64,000 bases of DNA from Microthyrium microscopicum (lineage: Eukaryota). Numbering within the stretch: the first letter of the stretch is position 1; each line of letters opens with the position of its first letter. Below the pieces are notes generated by a model. The model had not been told where the DNA came from. It made no database searches and saw nothing but the letters and a program-made list of their open reading frames with translations. Below, in pieces: positions 12,502 to 24,438 of this stretch. A program made the translations under genes and the position numbers. The stretch spans positions 469,751 through 533,750 of the forward strand of contig MU004242.1 in assembly GCA_010405405.1 (NCBI GenBank), in the 5' to 3' direction.

Positions 12502-13703
12502 CTACGTCTTTGGAGCTTCCTCCGGATTTTGCACGACCCGTCGATATACTACTTTCCTTGACCAATCCAGTTCAGTGCGGAAGACGGCAATGTTGGGCTC
12601 TTTCTATTTGGACGTTAGTATGAGTTGCCGTGAAAATTAGTTCTTTTTGCTCATACTTTGACCCATTGAAGCATTGCTTTATGCCTTGTGAAATCCGCTT
12701 TAAGTTGTGTTCCCATCTCCGTTGCCACCATTTTGCAATGCTCGTAATCGTGGGCAATAGGGATGAAGAAACCGGCTTCCTCAGGACAGTCGAACTGGAA
12801 GGCCGTGACAGGACCGACATCCTTTCCAAGCCGTTCTTTCAGCTCTTCGCGCTCGGTAACGTCCACGGCTGTGAAGCAGCGAGGGCCATAAGGGGTTGGA
12901 TTTCTGATCTTGTTAGTCTTGAGTCTACGTCTGAGTGTACGATCGATGTCGGTCGTTTGAGTTCTTACCCGATGGCGTCTGCAATTTCGTGTTCTTTGAC
13001 TTCGCCAAGATTAGGCTTCAGCAGATATTTGGTCATTAATGGAAGACGCTTGAAATTTCGCTTGTCGTAGAAGATCCAGCCCTTCTCGAAGCCTTTGTAG
13101 ATTGACTCAGGCATGTTGATGGTATGTGTGATTTGCTGCAGACAAAATCCATAACGCCTAAGTTTGTATTTCGCTATCACAGGGAGCAGACACTTTTTCA
13201 CTAGGTTGGTGAAAATCTCATCTCCTATATCATGGCCGATGGTGGCACAAGGTCTCAGTGATTTCAGGACAAGAAGGAACTCGAAGCAAAATCTAAAGTC
13301 GCATGCGGCGCGAACTGGCTCATCTAAAGGCTGTTAATAAGAATATGGGCCTAGGCGATGTTGCCTGCGACTGGTGATGTTGACCGGACTCATTATACAT
13401 GATTAGCTTGACCTGCTCTGGAGACAAATCAAGCATGAATTTTCGCTCCAGTTTCTTGTATTCGAGGAACGCATCTCTGACGGTAGTTGTGTTAAAGTCG
13501 GTGTCTCGGAATAAATTTTCGTTCTCCGGTATGTAGTCGAGATCTGGATGTTCATCGAAAAGTTTCTTGAGCCGCGCTTCGCTCACATTGAAAGAATATG
13601 TGTCTTTAAGAAGTTCACGAAACTTTGCTTTGCCCATGTGCAGATTTTTCGGTCGTAGCTCCATGATACGAGTGACGAGCTCGGGTTCGGATGGGCTATA
13701 CAT
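12502..13703 (-). CDS. Hypothetical protein, probably 4 exons
   Basis: MYSPSEPELVTRIMELRPKN... joins ORFs 12965-13201 and 12651-12866 through GT..CTAAC/TTAAC..AG introns; a last exon KEPNIAVFRTELDW...APKT* ends at 12502. Confidence 0.65.
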
Positions 13704-14139
13704 GGTGATAGGCCAGGTTGGCGGAAACGAGTAGTTCTTGTGAAGGAATAGACAGAACTTGATGCAGTGAAGGGATAACGGAGGTAAGAATTTGTTGTAG
13801 CTGGATAGTTTGTCACTGTTGAGATGCTTGTCAGATGAATTACACCAGAAGGTTTGTACATTCAGTTGGAATGTCAGACATCGGCAAACTCTCCTGCTCC
13901 CTGCCTTTACTCCACATGGCAAAGCCCTTTGTCGATGAGCTAGATCGAAGTCACTGCCAACATTCCAGAAAGGGCGACATCATACTCGTGATGAAGTAGG
14001 AAGGCGCGGTGAAAGAAGTGGCTGAGGCAACTCTGACAAGAGGACCCCTAGATGTAAAATGAAGAAAGAATGGGTTGAATCAAGTCTCTCTTTGCCCAAC
14101 AGAAGTCATTCAATCATTTCATCAAACACTCTGCCGACG

Positions 14140-15261
14140 TTATGGGGGCGTATAATCCTTAAAGCCGGCATTTGGCGTATCTCGGTCTAGAAGATGAGCA
14201 AACCGATCAGGTTGCTCCAGTATCATTGCCGGCACATCTAGATTGTTATCAATTCTGTCAAAGATTTCAGTTTCTCTATCCCAAAGATCCTTACCCTCCC
14301 GAATGTAAGCAACAATGCGTTCCGTGTCTCGATATTTCTCTGCATTCATCCATTGATGGGAGAAGGAGGATAGTTTGGTGAGAAACTCCTCGATAGTCGA
14401 GAAGCATGACGAACAATGCCATCCCGCGTTCCAAAGATCGGCCGTCTGTAATTTGATCAATGGTTGAAATCCTCCGTCCGAGTTGCGCAAATTGACCGGC
14501 AAAATGGTTTTGCTCCCTCGATAATATGTGGCTTGAGGATGCGCCCATTGCACACCTCTGTGTACAAATTGAAAGCTGTAGTAGTAAAAGTGACTTCGGA
14601 GGTTGAGGCGTAGCGGGAATTCGCATGCCTTGAGAACGGCGATGGTCTCTGGGCGAGTGATTTCTTCGACATCAGCGACTATGATCACATCACCGGGCAT
14701 TGGAGCCTGTTGGCCTTGTAGACGAGGTAGAACTTGATCGTACATGGCATTGCGCTGAAAATCTTCAGAATCCCAAGCTGGGTTGGCTCGTTCTGAGTGG
14801 AAGTCTGCTGGAAGCTCTAACTGGTGGTATATGATCTTATCTCTGTACGCCGCAAATTTGTCCAAATTGTCTTTGATGATGAGGGGCTTTTCATGATTCG
14901 TGAAAGTTTTATGTGATTCCACAATGACGAAGTAATCGACCTGGTGGTATGTAGTGTTGAGTCTGATTTCTAGCCATTCCAGCTCGGTGTTGACCATCAA
15001 AAGATCATACACCTTCCTCGGAGATCGTGTTCGTCTGAAAGGCTTCCAGCCATGAAGTTGGCATAATTGCGTGGCTGTGTCGTGCGATTTGATGTTCAAT
15101 TGTTCAGTATCGAAGGGTATAACGCTATGAAGGGATCGATCGGTCCAGTTAGGGTTGTCTCGAAACAAAATAAAAAGAAGGACGATGGGGCCTAAGAACA
15201 GTGCGAGTCGAAGAGGACCTTTAGGAACCCACCAAGACGAGGTCACAGTAAGGTGAAGCAT
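14140..15261 (-). CDS. Glycosyltransferase family 17 (beta-1,4-mannosyl-glycoprotein GlcNAc-transferase III-like), type II membrane protein
   Basis: N-terminal TM; RKVYDLLMVNTELEWLEIRL, FVIVESHKTFT, FYYYSFQF, AGWHCSSCF, KLSSFSH. Confidence 0.92.
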   Translation of the reverse strand: MLHLTVTSSWWVPKGPLRLALFLGPIVLLFILFRDNPNWTDRSLHSVIPFDTEQLNIKSHDTATQLCQLHGWKPFRRTRSPRKVYDLLMVNTELEWLEIRLNTTYHQVDYFVIVESHKTFTNHEKPLIIKDNLDKFAAYRDKIIYHQLELPADFHSERANPAWDSEDFQRNAMYDQVLPRLQGQQAPMPGDVIIVADVEEITRPETIAVLKACEFPLRLNLRSHFYYYSFQFVHRGVQWAHPQATYYRGSKTILPVNLRNSDGGFQPLIKLQTADLWNAGWHCSSCFSTIEEFLTKLSSFSHQWMNAEKYRDTERIVAYIREGKDLWDRETEIFDRIDNNLDVPAMILEQPDRFAHLLDRDTPNAGFKDYTPP

Positions 15262-17206
15262 AGCTTGGCCAGAAATAGGCTGAAAAGGGGGAGCGTCGGC
15301 ATAGGTTGCGTAGCGTGTGATAGTTGCTGCGGGATAGGATATTTCGATTGTGTCTTGGTGTGGTAGGTAGAACTTAGGGGGCCTGCGGTATTGTTGAAAT
15401 GGCCATCGTGACTACCTTTCTTGAATGCTGTTTGTCGTTCTTGCCAAAAATGCTTGGAGCTTGGTCGGGACTTGGCGCAATCTGCGGCTTTAAAGCCTTA
15501 GCTTTTCTGTCTGTGGTTGAGTACCTGCTCTAGAGTAGATAGAATGCTAAAATATAAGAAATGAAAGCCAAGTAGAAAGACAGAATGTACGATGGAACCT
15601 TGGCAGAACTCCTGAGAGATCGTGTCACATACAAACGTGACATGGTTGCTGTTCACTATGACCAATGAATACATTCTTCCTGTAGTACAAAGAATTCTGT
15701 TTCAAAATTCCTAGTATCTACTATGAAAACTGATTACCCGGTCACGTTTCGTAGTCATATTCGATGTGTTCCAATCAATCAACTTTGATCCTTTAGATCC
15801 TTCGAGTTTGGCTTACATCCTGCCGCAGGGATCAACGGTCCACGGGCAGTCGCAGGCCACGATGGTAAGCTGACAGCATTGAACATAATACCTGAGTACC
15901 TAACAGTTGTTGTCCTCGCCGCGGGCCGGGAATAAATACTGCAGCAAACTCACAATGATCGGCAGCTTTTTAGACCAGTAGCATTTCCATCATGTAAAAT
16001 GGCGGAGGCATAAGGCTGCCAAGCGATTCTGGTGCTTCCTATTGGCTAGATGGGGATATAAGTGGACTTCAAAAGTACGCGCACGGCTTGAGGCTGACTT
16101 TACCACCCTTAACGGCTTAGTACGGCGCGCATTATGCCTCGAAGGGGCTACCTCCATTCTATTTTTATACGAAAATCGTGGTCAAGACTCAAGGCCTTCA
16201 AGTCAACCCTGAGTCCTGATTTCTGATTCCTTCTGTGATCGTCAAGTGTACTCTATGCATCTTGAAAACCCCGTTTGAACAGCAGACTCACGAACGTTTA
16301 GAAGTGGCGTTACGCGTACGATGATGAAGCTCCTTAGCTCTCAGCCAGCAGGAGGTTCCCGTAGACTGCCGGAGCATTGGATCTAGATCCAGTCGGGTCG
16401 TGCCTCAAGATGTAAGCAGTAAGGCAAACTGTGGCTCTATCGGATTTGATTGATCTCAAGCGTTATTTCTTCACCACCCTCTTCCCTGTTGGAAAACGAT
16501 AAGCTTGTGAGATGGCTTCAATGTCATAGTATCGAGAATCAAGAAAGCCATGCTGACGGTCTTAGTGATGTTGCTGTGACTCAATGCACAATAGCATTAC
16601 TCCTCGGGTTGGCGCTACGACAGGCTCAGCATTCATGCAGCATTCATGATTTACGTGATCTCAACAGTTAATCAAAACCGTAGATCAACACGCTCGTAGG
16701 CTTTAAAACCTCACGTCAGAACAGTCCATTGATCGCGGTGAAGCATACTTCAACAGAACACTTAACTCATCCTCTCAGTCACGAAGAGAATGTTCCTTCC
16801 TCGGCACTAGGTCCTTCCTAGTACTCGCAAAACAATCTCGTTCAGGAGAACTCTGCGATCGAGCGGTCGGGCAATGGACTGTATGGTGCAGAATCATACC
16901 CTCCAAGGTGCCATGAGGATGATGCTCTACAGCCGTCTGCAAATTCCACACAAACAGTTGTAGTAAAATTGTGAGTTTCTATGAATGAACATCTTATAAT
17001 CACAGCTTCAAGTATCTTGTTCCAGCGAGATCCCTTTCTCTTCTGGCTCAGCCTGTTCCTTTTGGTAAACACCCACGCGCTCTCGAGAAGGTTCAATTAG
17101 TGCAGCGTATACATTTCAAAGAATAATGAAGTTGAAGAACCTTCTTTTTGAGGCTCTCAGTATGTACTCCTCCAGGTCAATCAGGCACTGATACCTCTTT
17201 GCCATC

Positions 17207-17914
17207 CTACTGTCCAGTCCATACAGCAGGCGCAGGCATAGGAAACGTCGACTTTGCCGGTCCCCATTTACTAAACGTAATCATTGGTGAACTCGCCGTA
17301 ATAACACCCGGAATCTTAAACATCGGTCCAGGAGTTCCTCCACCAGCACCAGTGACCTTGACCTGCGCACACTCAAAGTACATCTGGCTCTTATTTTTAT
17401 GATTCTCATGTATACCAACATGTTCAAATCGCACCAAATATTCACCCGGTGGCGTCGTAGCCGGAATCGTCGCCTCCATCTGTTTCTTGCCATACGTTTC
17501 CCACGCATTATCATGGTTGGTTTGTCCACCTGGCTTGAGACCGGACTCCCAGATCTTGAACCAGTCTCCTGAGCCGTCGTAGCTGGAAGCGTTGGAGGAC
17601 GCTTTGGACATCATGATGAAGCCGGGTCCTGGATGGCCCATGTAGTTGTTTTGGCCTAGACGGGCGCCGATTTTGGTACCGGCTGCGATGGAGATTGTTT
17701 GGGTGCCTGTGCCTAGGTTTGCGCCGTTGTTGCATCGGTATTCTTTCCGTGCGAGCATGTCGGGGAACGCTGGGTTGTATGGTGGGTTTGTTGAGATTTT
17801 CCGGATGTAGGTGAAGTCTCTTCCGGTCGGTTGGCCGTTGATGAGTAACTGACTGAAGAAGTAATGAGCATTGGCGCTCGCTGCCAGCGCGCTGAATAGG
17901 AGTGGAAGTTGCAT
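17207..17914 (-). CDS. AA9 (GH61) lytic polysaccharide monooxygenase, no CBM1, intronless
   Basis: Signal peptide cleaved before His1 (ASANA|HYFF), HPGP second His, WFKI, EHVGIH, QMY motif, ECAQVKVTG. Confidence 0.95.
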   Translation of the reverse strand: MQLPLLFSALAASANAHYFFSQLLINGQPTGRDFTYIRKISTNPPYNPAFPDMLARKEYRCNNGANLGTGTQTISIAAGTKIGARLGQNNYMGHPGPGFIMMSKASSNASSYDGSGDWFKIWESGLKPGGQTNHDNAWETYGKKQMEATIPATTPPGEYLVRFEHVGIHENHKNKSQMYFECAQVKVTGAGGGTPGPMFKIPGVITASSPMITFSKWGPAKSTFPMPAPAVWTGQ

Positions 17915-18561
17915 TTTTTGTTGATAGTACTAAGTTGTATGCGAAATTAGTAGCCAGACTCGTTTTTGAAGAAGATGTTGGTTGTTTGGATATCTTTACG
18001 TTTATATTCTACCTTAGGACTTGTTTTAGCGTCAGCCTTGTAGGGCGTTGGATCTGGAAGGTAGTTGGATTTAGATTAAACTGTTCACCCTGATCCCAAC
18101 AGAGGGTACTTACCCGGGTTACGAAATCTCCGCTCAATTTCTTTGCTACATAAAGCAAGTTATAGTTTTTGATAAAGCCTGGATTCTGCTGCCCTCATAG
18201 GCTCTTGGGCGTGCGAACGGTGGCCTAGTATGTGACCGTTATGAACCGTCATACTATAATCGTTCTCTCGTCATGGAAACCTGGAAGATCTCAACGAGAT
18301 TTACTCATAAGTAATATGGCGGATTTGTTGTTTCGATTGAGCCATCCGCTTTTTGTTTGATAGCCTCCCACTTCGTTCGGTGGTTATCCTTGAAGTTATC
18401 TGTAGGATTATGCCTGAAAACGCTAAGCTTGAGAATGCACATGTTGTGGTTAGAAGCGAGTAGGTCAATATATTACAAAAGCTTATCATATGCATTCTGT
18501 TGGCGTTCATCAAGCTCTGCTGGTGTATAAACTACCACGTAGATGACATTATTTTTATTTC

Positions 18562-21197
18562 TCACAAACCAGAGTCATCTTCGTCGTACATCGCTGTCTG
18601 GTAGTAGCCCTTCCAATTGCTGCAAGTTTGGTCCCAATCATCTGTGGGTTGCGGAAGCTGATCGACAGCTTCAAGGAACTGTACTCCCAGTCCAGCCGCT
18701 GTTCAGTGGTTGTTAGCAAAGAAATACCACAAGAACTAGCGAGACGATCTTACAAATATGCGTACTAACGTGGCAATGCATTAGCCACGCTCCAGGATTA
18801 TCAGTCGGGAACGCCACGGCCACCTATTGAAAGAAAGTCAGTCCGAAACAGAATCGAGAACTATAATTTGCCAGCGCTGGAGAAAACATACCCATCCGCT
18901 TCCTGGTAGCAGTGTTACATCTCTTCGTGGTGGATTGACAAAGTTGAGGCCTGTCACGTTGGCACTGTTAAAAGTTCCATTTCCTCGTCCAAGGATCCAG
19001 AAATCGTGGCCATGAAGATCTATTTGCAGGGTCAGTGAGATCAGAACACATACTAATATGATATCAGAGGGTCAATGGCTTACGCATGGGGTGAGGAACT
19101 TGGACCGGATTTCCTGCTGCTTCGTGTATGATCCAGTATGTCCACTGTGCTATTGTTAGTCCCAGATATTCGCTCAGCATTTTGTAAGAGCTTACAATAT
19201 TCTCGTTTGGAAGCGAAAGGACGTTATAAGTCGATGCTACATGGTATCAGCGACCTCGGTTCGAACAATACTTTTATGCCTTGAAGTCACTCACGATAGT
19301 TGGTGTTGTTATCCGCGATATACTTCAAAGAGGGATCTTCCCAATCGACCTTGATCGCGGTAGTATCGATGACCCAGGCCACTATACTTTGGCCGTTGGT
19401 ATTCAAACCGGGTATGGTCACGTTGACTGGCATGTCGCTCACTTCACTCAAGAAGTTGGAGCTTGGAATGGTGGTTGGCCAGTATGGGACTAGCAACGAG
19501 GCATCTGGCTCTAGACAACCGGTGTCATATTGAACGCCGGTGGTGTTAGGTGTGGCCACAGGGGTTCCATCGTAGGTGAAGATAGCCTTCGCGTTGCTGT
19601 TTACGAATTCTTGACACTCATTTGCAGCGTCTGCTCGGAACCAGTAGTTTCCAGCCGTTTGGTTGGCAGTTACTATCACGTCGTAGCGCTGTTGAGAAAT
19701 GTAAGCATGTTTTGTAAATCAGATTAAAGTTAAAGACTTACTTGTCCAACTGTCAGGAGCAATTGGTTTGTCTCAAAAGGCTGAATTGGTACTATCGTTG
19801 ATCAGCAATTAGCTTTCGAGTTTACCCGGAAGAAGAGGGTTACGTACCCCAATCATTGGAGATGACTGTGAACGTATGTCCGTCGAGAGTAACTCGAAGC
19901 GAGAGCTCAGAGGAAGTGTTGATGATTCTCAAGCGATGCGTTTTGCCTGGAGTAAGCGTAACTGTTCCCATGCATTTGGTCAGACCTCTGGCTAATTTTC
20001 ACAGGGAGCACTGCAATGAGGTACTACCTTGGTTATATTTTCCTCCGCCCGATGAATTAACATTGGTACTGCGTCACGTTAGCATTTATGGAATAACTTG
20101 AAACAACAGACAAAGATATGTGTCGCAATCAAAGGGATATCTGAGGATCTGTTTGAAGAAGGAACACCAACCCGTTTATCACGATTGTATCACCAGCTAG
20201 AAGTTCGTTAGTCAGTTACTTTGAGGCTAATCTGCAAGGACAACTTACGAGGTGGTGCAAGTCCTTCTTGTAAGGTAACATTGGCATTGTAAAGAAACTG
20301 CCAAGCCGTAAATCTTGAAAACCAGTCTGACACTGGATAAGCCTGCGATTATTAGCCTTGGTTCAATCATAGGGCGGATCTAATGTTGAAGCAGCTCCTT
20401 CTTACCCCAAGATCAATATCATAGTTGGCTGTTGCAGGTCCATTCACAACGATCGGTCCAACTACTCCATCCGCATATTGAGCAGACCAGTGAGAATGGT
20501 ACCAAGATGTGCCGTACTGCGTTGCTTGAAATGTGTATGTTTTCGAATCTCCAGGTGCCAATGGGCATTCCGTAACTCCAGGAACACCATCTTGGCTATT
20601 AGTATTTAGTTGTCGAACTCCATGGAAATGAAGGCCCGTCCCATTCGTTGGCAAGCTGTTTTTCAACGTCACTTGAATGGTATCTCCCCAATCCGCGAAA
20701 ACGGTTGGGCCAGGATATTGACCATTGATTAATGAGCAGACTCTGGAGTTTCCATCTGGAGAACAGGGAGTATTGGTGACTTCCCAGTTATATGCTCTTA
20801 CTTTGCCGGTTTTCGGCCATTTCTAGTCTATGTTAGAAAAAAAATCAATACTTGCAAATGACTTACCTCGTCAAAATCAGTACTGATGTCAAAATCATCG
20901 CTCCAGCAAGATCGACTTGTTGGACCATTTGAACAATTTAAATTGGTGTGTGTTGCGGTTGAGGATGGAACAGGTCTGGAAGTCGCAGTCTGTCTTTTCA
21001 CTAAAGTCGATGGTTTGCCACCTACATTTGATTAGATCGGGTGGTTTAAGATGAGAGCTCTTATGCGGTCAAATGTAGTAAATGCTAAGGAGAAAATTTC
21101 CCTTACCGGGTCCATAGAGAATATGATTTTCGGGTATCCGTTCAGCGAAAATTGGTGCGCAGAATAGTGAAACGCAAAATATTGAAGCGATATACAT
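18562..21197 (-). CDS. Secreted laccase (AA1 multicopper oxidase), about 14 exons
   Basis: Signal peptide [18 protein letters not shown]; copper motifs HFHG, WYHSH, HPMHLHGHDF (spliced) and HCHVSTH; C-terminal DDSGL* typical of ascomycete laccases; 13 GT-AG introns traced by eye. Confidence 0.93.
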
Positions 21198-22371
21198 TTG
21201 TGAAAAGGTATCAAATATAACAATTAGTAAAGAAGTGAAACACAGAATATCACCAAACTGTAAAATGAGCCTCTGGAAAGTGATTGGAAGGTTTTGTTGG
21301 CCTCGAGGAGACGAATCGACAATTAGCTATTATATTCTTAGCCATAATGAATTCGATATTCCGTGACTCGGAGGCTGGTAGATTTTCGTTGTGCTCTTGA
21401 GCTGGGAGTACTGCAGTCGTGCATAATCACTTGTACCAGGGAGGGAGTTGATCGACAATTGCTAGAGAAGATCGAGCCGCGCGGCGAGCCGGACCTTCAC
21501 TACACCGTCCACGATAGGCGATCACACTAAAATCTGAGACTACCGTATACTGTATTGGGATTATAGACTCTAAGGCTGCATTGTAAATCTGAACGCCACA
21601 ATTGAGAGGGGCCGAAACACTTTTATCATGGCAAAGTTGTGGTAAGATGATGATATGACGCAGAAAGTCAAGAGATGTATCTTGACTCGAATGCCTCGAC
21701 GCCTCGTATTCAAACCGTGGAAGAGGTCGAATGGTACCAGCATGACAATATTCCCAGCGGCAGATGTTTATATCCGACATACGGAACCTACAAGTGGTAG
21801 AAGTAGTATTTAAGAGGCAGAAATGTTCATGGATGGATGCGATATCCTTGACATCCCACTGCTGCACGATGTGCAAAGCGCCTGTCATGTACTCCGGCAC
21901 TTCACTGTTGCAGATCTCGGGAGTGCAGATGTAAACCAGCCTTGTGGGCCGTTGCGCCTGCGATTTGATTTTGATGCACGACGGTGGATTTCTCAATCAA
22001 ATGTAGAACGTCCACATCAAGATTTTGACGTCGTTACGTAGATGGCTTATTCCTCAACCGAAACGGCACACACATATATCCATTTCAGCCGTGCCTTCCT
22101 TGAGAAATTACCATTTCATGTTAATATCCTTCTAGCATACCCAGATTAGAATTAGCAAATATAATGATTTGTCTCCATCGATTTCAGTTCGCAGATTTGT
22201 CTGATAGCAAAGCTGGACGTATGGAATGCAATAAAATGCTGGGTTATTTACAGAAAATGCGCATTTTCTGGTTGAAAATGATGCTTAAATCTGCTTCAAA
22301 TTTTGACACTTGTTTGTCATCAGCGGGTTAGTAGTTTCTGGTTAGCTTGCCCTGTAATATACTTACAATAT

Positions 22372-22468
22372 GTGTTAGTTGTGGTCCAGTGGTTAAGACC
22401 TATCGTTGTGGAGCGAGTCTACTCTCTTCAAGTCCGATATAACCCATGTTCGATTCATGGCAACCGCA
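22372..22468 (+). tRNA. tRNA-His(GTG) with 22-nt intron and imperfect acceptor stem (possible pseudogene)
   Basis: D arm gtc-cagtggttaa-gac; anticodon stem tatcg/cgata with GTG at 22408-22410; intron 22412-22433 after position 37; T arm ccatg-ttcgatt-catgg; 3' acceptor strand caaccgc plus discriminator a; oligo-T at about 22505-22512. Confidence 0.85.
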
Positions 22469-22848
22469 AAATCGAACGCTTTCCATGTTAAAGTCATGGT
22501 GAACTTTTTTTTATGTACCGTACTGTGCCGCCATAAAGCGGCATGAAAAACCGGCCTGAACTTCGATGTGTTGATGTCTTCTACTAGACTGAAATGAATG
22601 CAAAGACGATATTTCTTGATTCTTGATATTTTTCATGTGCTAGTTTCTTAACTCATTGGTTCTGTCTGTCCGTCACAATAATTGAGCTTTTCTTTTGTGG
22701 TTGCCTGTTAGACACGCGTGCACGACGCGTTATCACAACGCCACTTTATTTTCCTTCAGTCCTTTCTGCATCAGACTGTGTGCTCCTTTAACAAGGCCGT
22801 GCCACTTCCAAAACTACCATGTAATCGCACTATTTGAAAACCCAAACC

Positions 22849-24438
22849 ATGTCTAGCAGCTCTACTGATGACAGCATAGACATCCGGGACATTGTTCCAA
22901 CAGAGACCTTACGTGCGAGAAGCCGCCATCTGGAGGCCGAGAATGAAAAATGGCAAGCTCAGATAAATCGCAACAACGTGGAGCTCATTCCCATCAGATC
23001 GGAAGTCTACCAACGAGAAAAATTCATCGAAGAACAAAGATGGGCACCGGCGACGCCCAAAAAAACGATATTGCGGACTCAGCAGCCTGAAAATGCTTGG
23101 TTGCTTCAACTCCCTGACGAATTGCTTTACATCATTGTGGGCTTCGCCGCTGAACCAGAACCATTGAAACAGCCCAGGTACTCGAAAAACAAGAGCAGAG
23201 ACCTTCGATGCTGTCCTACAACACAAATGGACGTCAAGGCGATGATGAACACGTGCCAAAAACTACGATGTGTAGCTTGGTTCTTTCTCGAGCTCAATAT
23301 CACTATCGCTCATGACTCTTCCAGGAATGAAATACCAATCGCTGGTACTTCTCCAGCAGTTGATCATAGCCACTCGCACGGTCGAGCAACTGAGGATCCT
23401 GTCTTAGATGATCCTCCTATTGAATTTGTGTCCTACCGCATTCTCAATCTAAAACTTCAGGGAGCTATCAGCGACTTGAAGGAAGTGAACAAGTTTCTTG
23501 TGCTGCTTCCTTTCCTCCAGGATGTGACTTGTCTCCGACTGATGTCCTGTCCGGATTTTACTCATACCAGATGGGGATTTAGTCATCAATGGATTGTTGA
23601 ACAAGCGCTACAGTGGATGCCAAGATTAAAGCATCTGACTATTTCTGACTATTATTTCCAAAGAGGATTTGATTACCAGCAGCTGTTTGATGAGTTCCTG
23701 AAGCCCAACATGCTTACTAAGTTCACCATCGAGGAGAGTGAAGCCTGCTTCTCCCACAAGGATAACGATCAAAAGTATGCAATTGGGAGATTGTTGGCAA
23801 GTCAGCGTCAGTCTCTTCAATCACTGTATTGTGGATGGATCTATTCGGGTCAAGAGTCTTTAACGGCGCCAAATCCGTGGCAAATTCTATTTGGAAATGG
23901 GATGTATTTCCCAAATCTCCGATCAATCTACCTCACCTATGAGTTCATCTGGGGCAAAGGTTATGACTACTCCCATATCAGTGGCCAAGACCTTGTCCAT
24001 CATCTTATCGGCCCTTCAATGGTGAGCTTAACGCTAGACATGGATGAGGATGGAAACTCAGGTGAAGCAACCTCAGTTGAGCATTTCGATGAATGGAGGG
24101 CGGAGTGGTTTCCGGATCTAGCCAAAGCGGCCGCTCAAACCAATCTTCAAAAGGTCGACATCATTTATAGTCCGCAAAAGCCAGAATGGGTATCGCGGGG
24201 TCAATCAGACTGGCCGGAGGAGAAGTTTGTGTATCCCTGGGATGTCATAGACCGTCTGGTGCGTGATTACAAGGCCAAAGGGTTATCTTTATCATACAAT
24301 CCGCCATCAGTCTCACGAGAAGAGTGGAGTGCTGTATATGAGACTGCAGAAGTTTTTCAGCACTACGAGGACGAGCGCCAGAACAAAGAGGAGCGCAAAC
24401 GCCTCCGGGTTCTCCTTTCTGATATACATAGAACATGA
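22849..24438 (+). CDS. F-box-like protein with N-terminal coiled coil and LRR-like region
   Basis: Intronless ORF of 529 aa from ATG 22849; WLLQLPDELLYIIVGF...MMNTCQKLRCVA; MPRLKHLTI, FPNLRSIYL; C-terminal YPWD motif. Confidence 0.75.
   Translation: MSSSSTDDSIDIRDIVPTETLRARSRHLEAENEKWQAQINRNNVELIPIRSEVYQREKFIEEQRWAPATPKKTILRTQQPENAWLLQLPDELLYIIVGFAAEPEPLKQPRYSKNKSRDLRCCPTTQMDVKAMMNTCQKLRCVAWFFLELNITIAHDSSRNEIPIAGTSPAVDHSHSHGRATEDPVLDDPPIEFVSYRILNLKLQGAISDLKEVNKFLVLLPFLQDVTCLRLMSCPDFTHTRWGFSHQWIVEQALQWMPRLKHLTISDYYFQRGFDYQQLFDEFLKPNMLTKFTIEESEACFSHKDNDQKYAIGRLLASQRQSLQSLYCGWIYSGQESLTAPNPWQILFGNGMYFPNLRSIYLTYEFIWGKGYDYSHISGQDLVHHLIGPSMVSLTLDMDEDGNSGEATSVEHFDEWRAEWFPDLAKAAAQTNLQKVDIIYSPQKPEWVSRGQSDWPEEKFVYPWDVIDRLVRDYKAKGLSLSYNPPSVSREEWSAVYETAEVFQHYEDERQNKEERKRLRVLLSDIHRT

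Noticed and set aside
21427..21996. 189-aa ORF upstream of the laccase
   Set aside because: Non-protein-like composition; lies in the probable promoter region.
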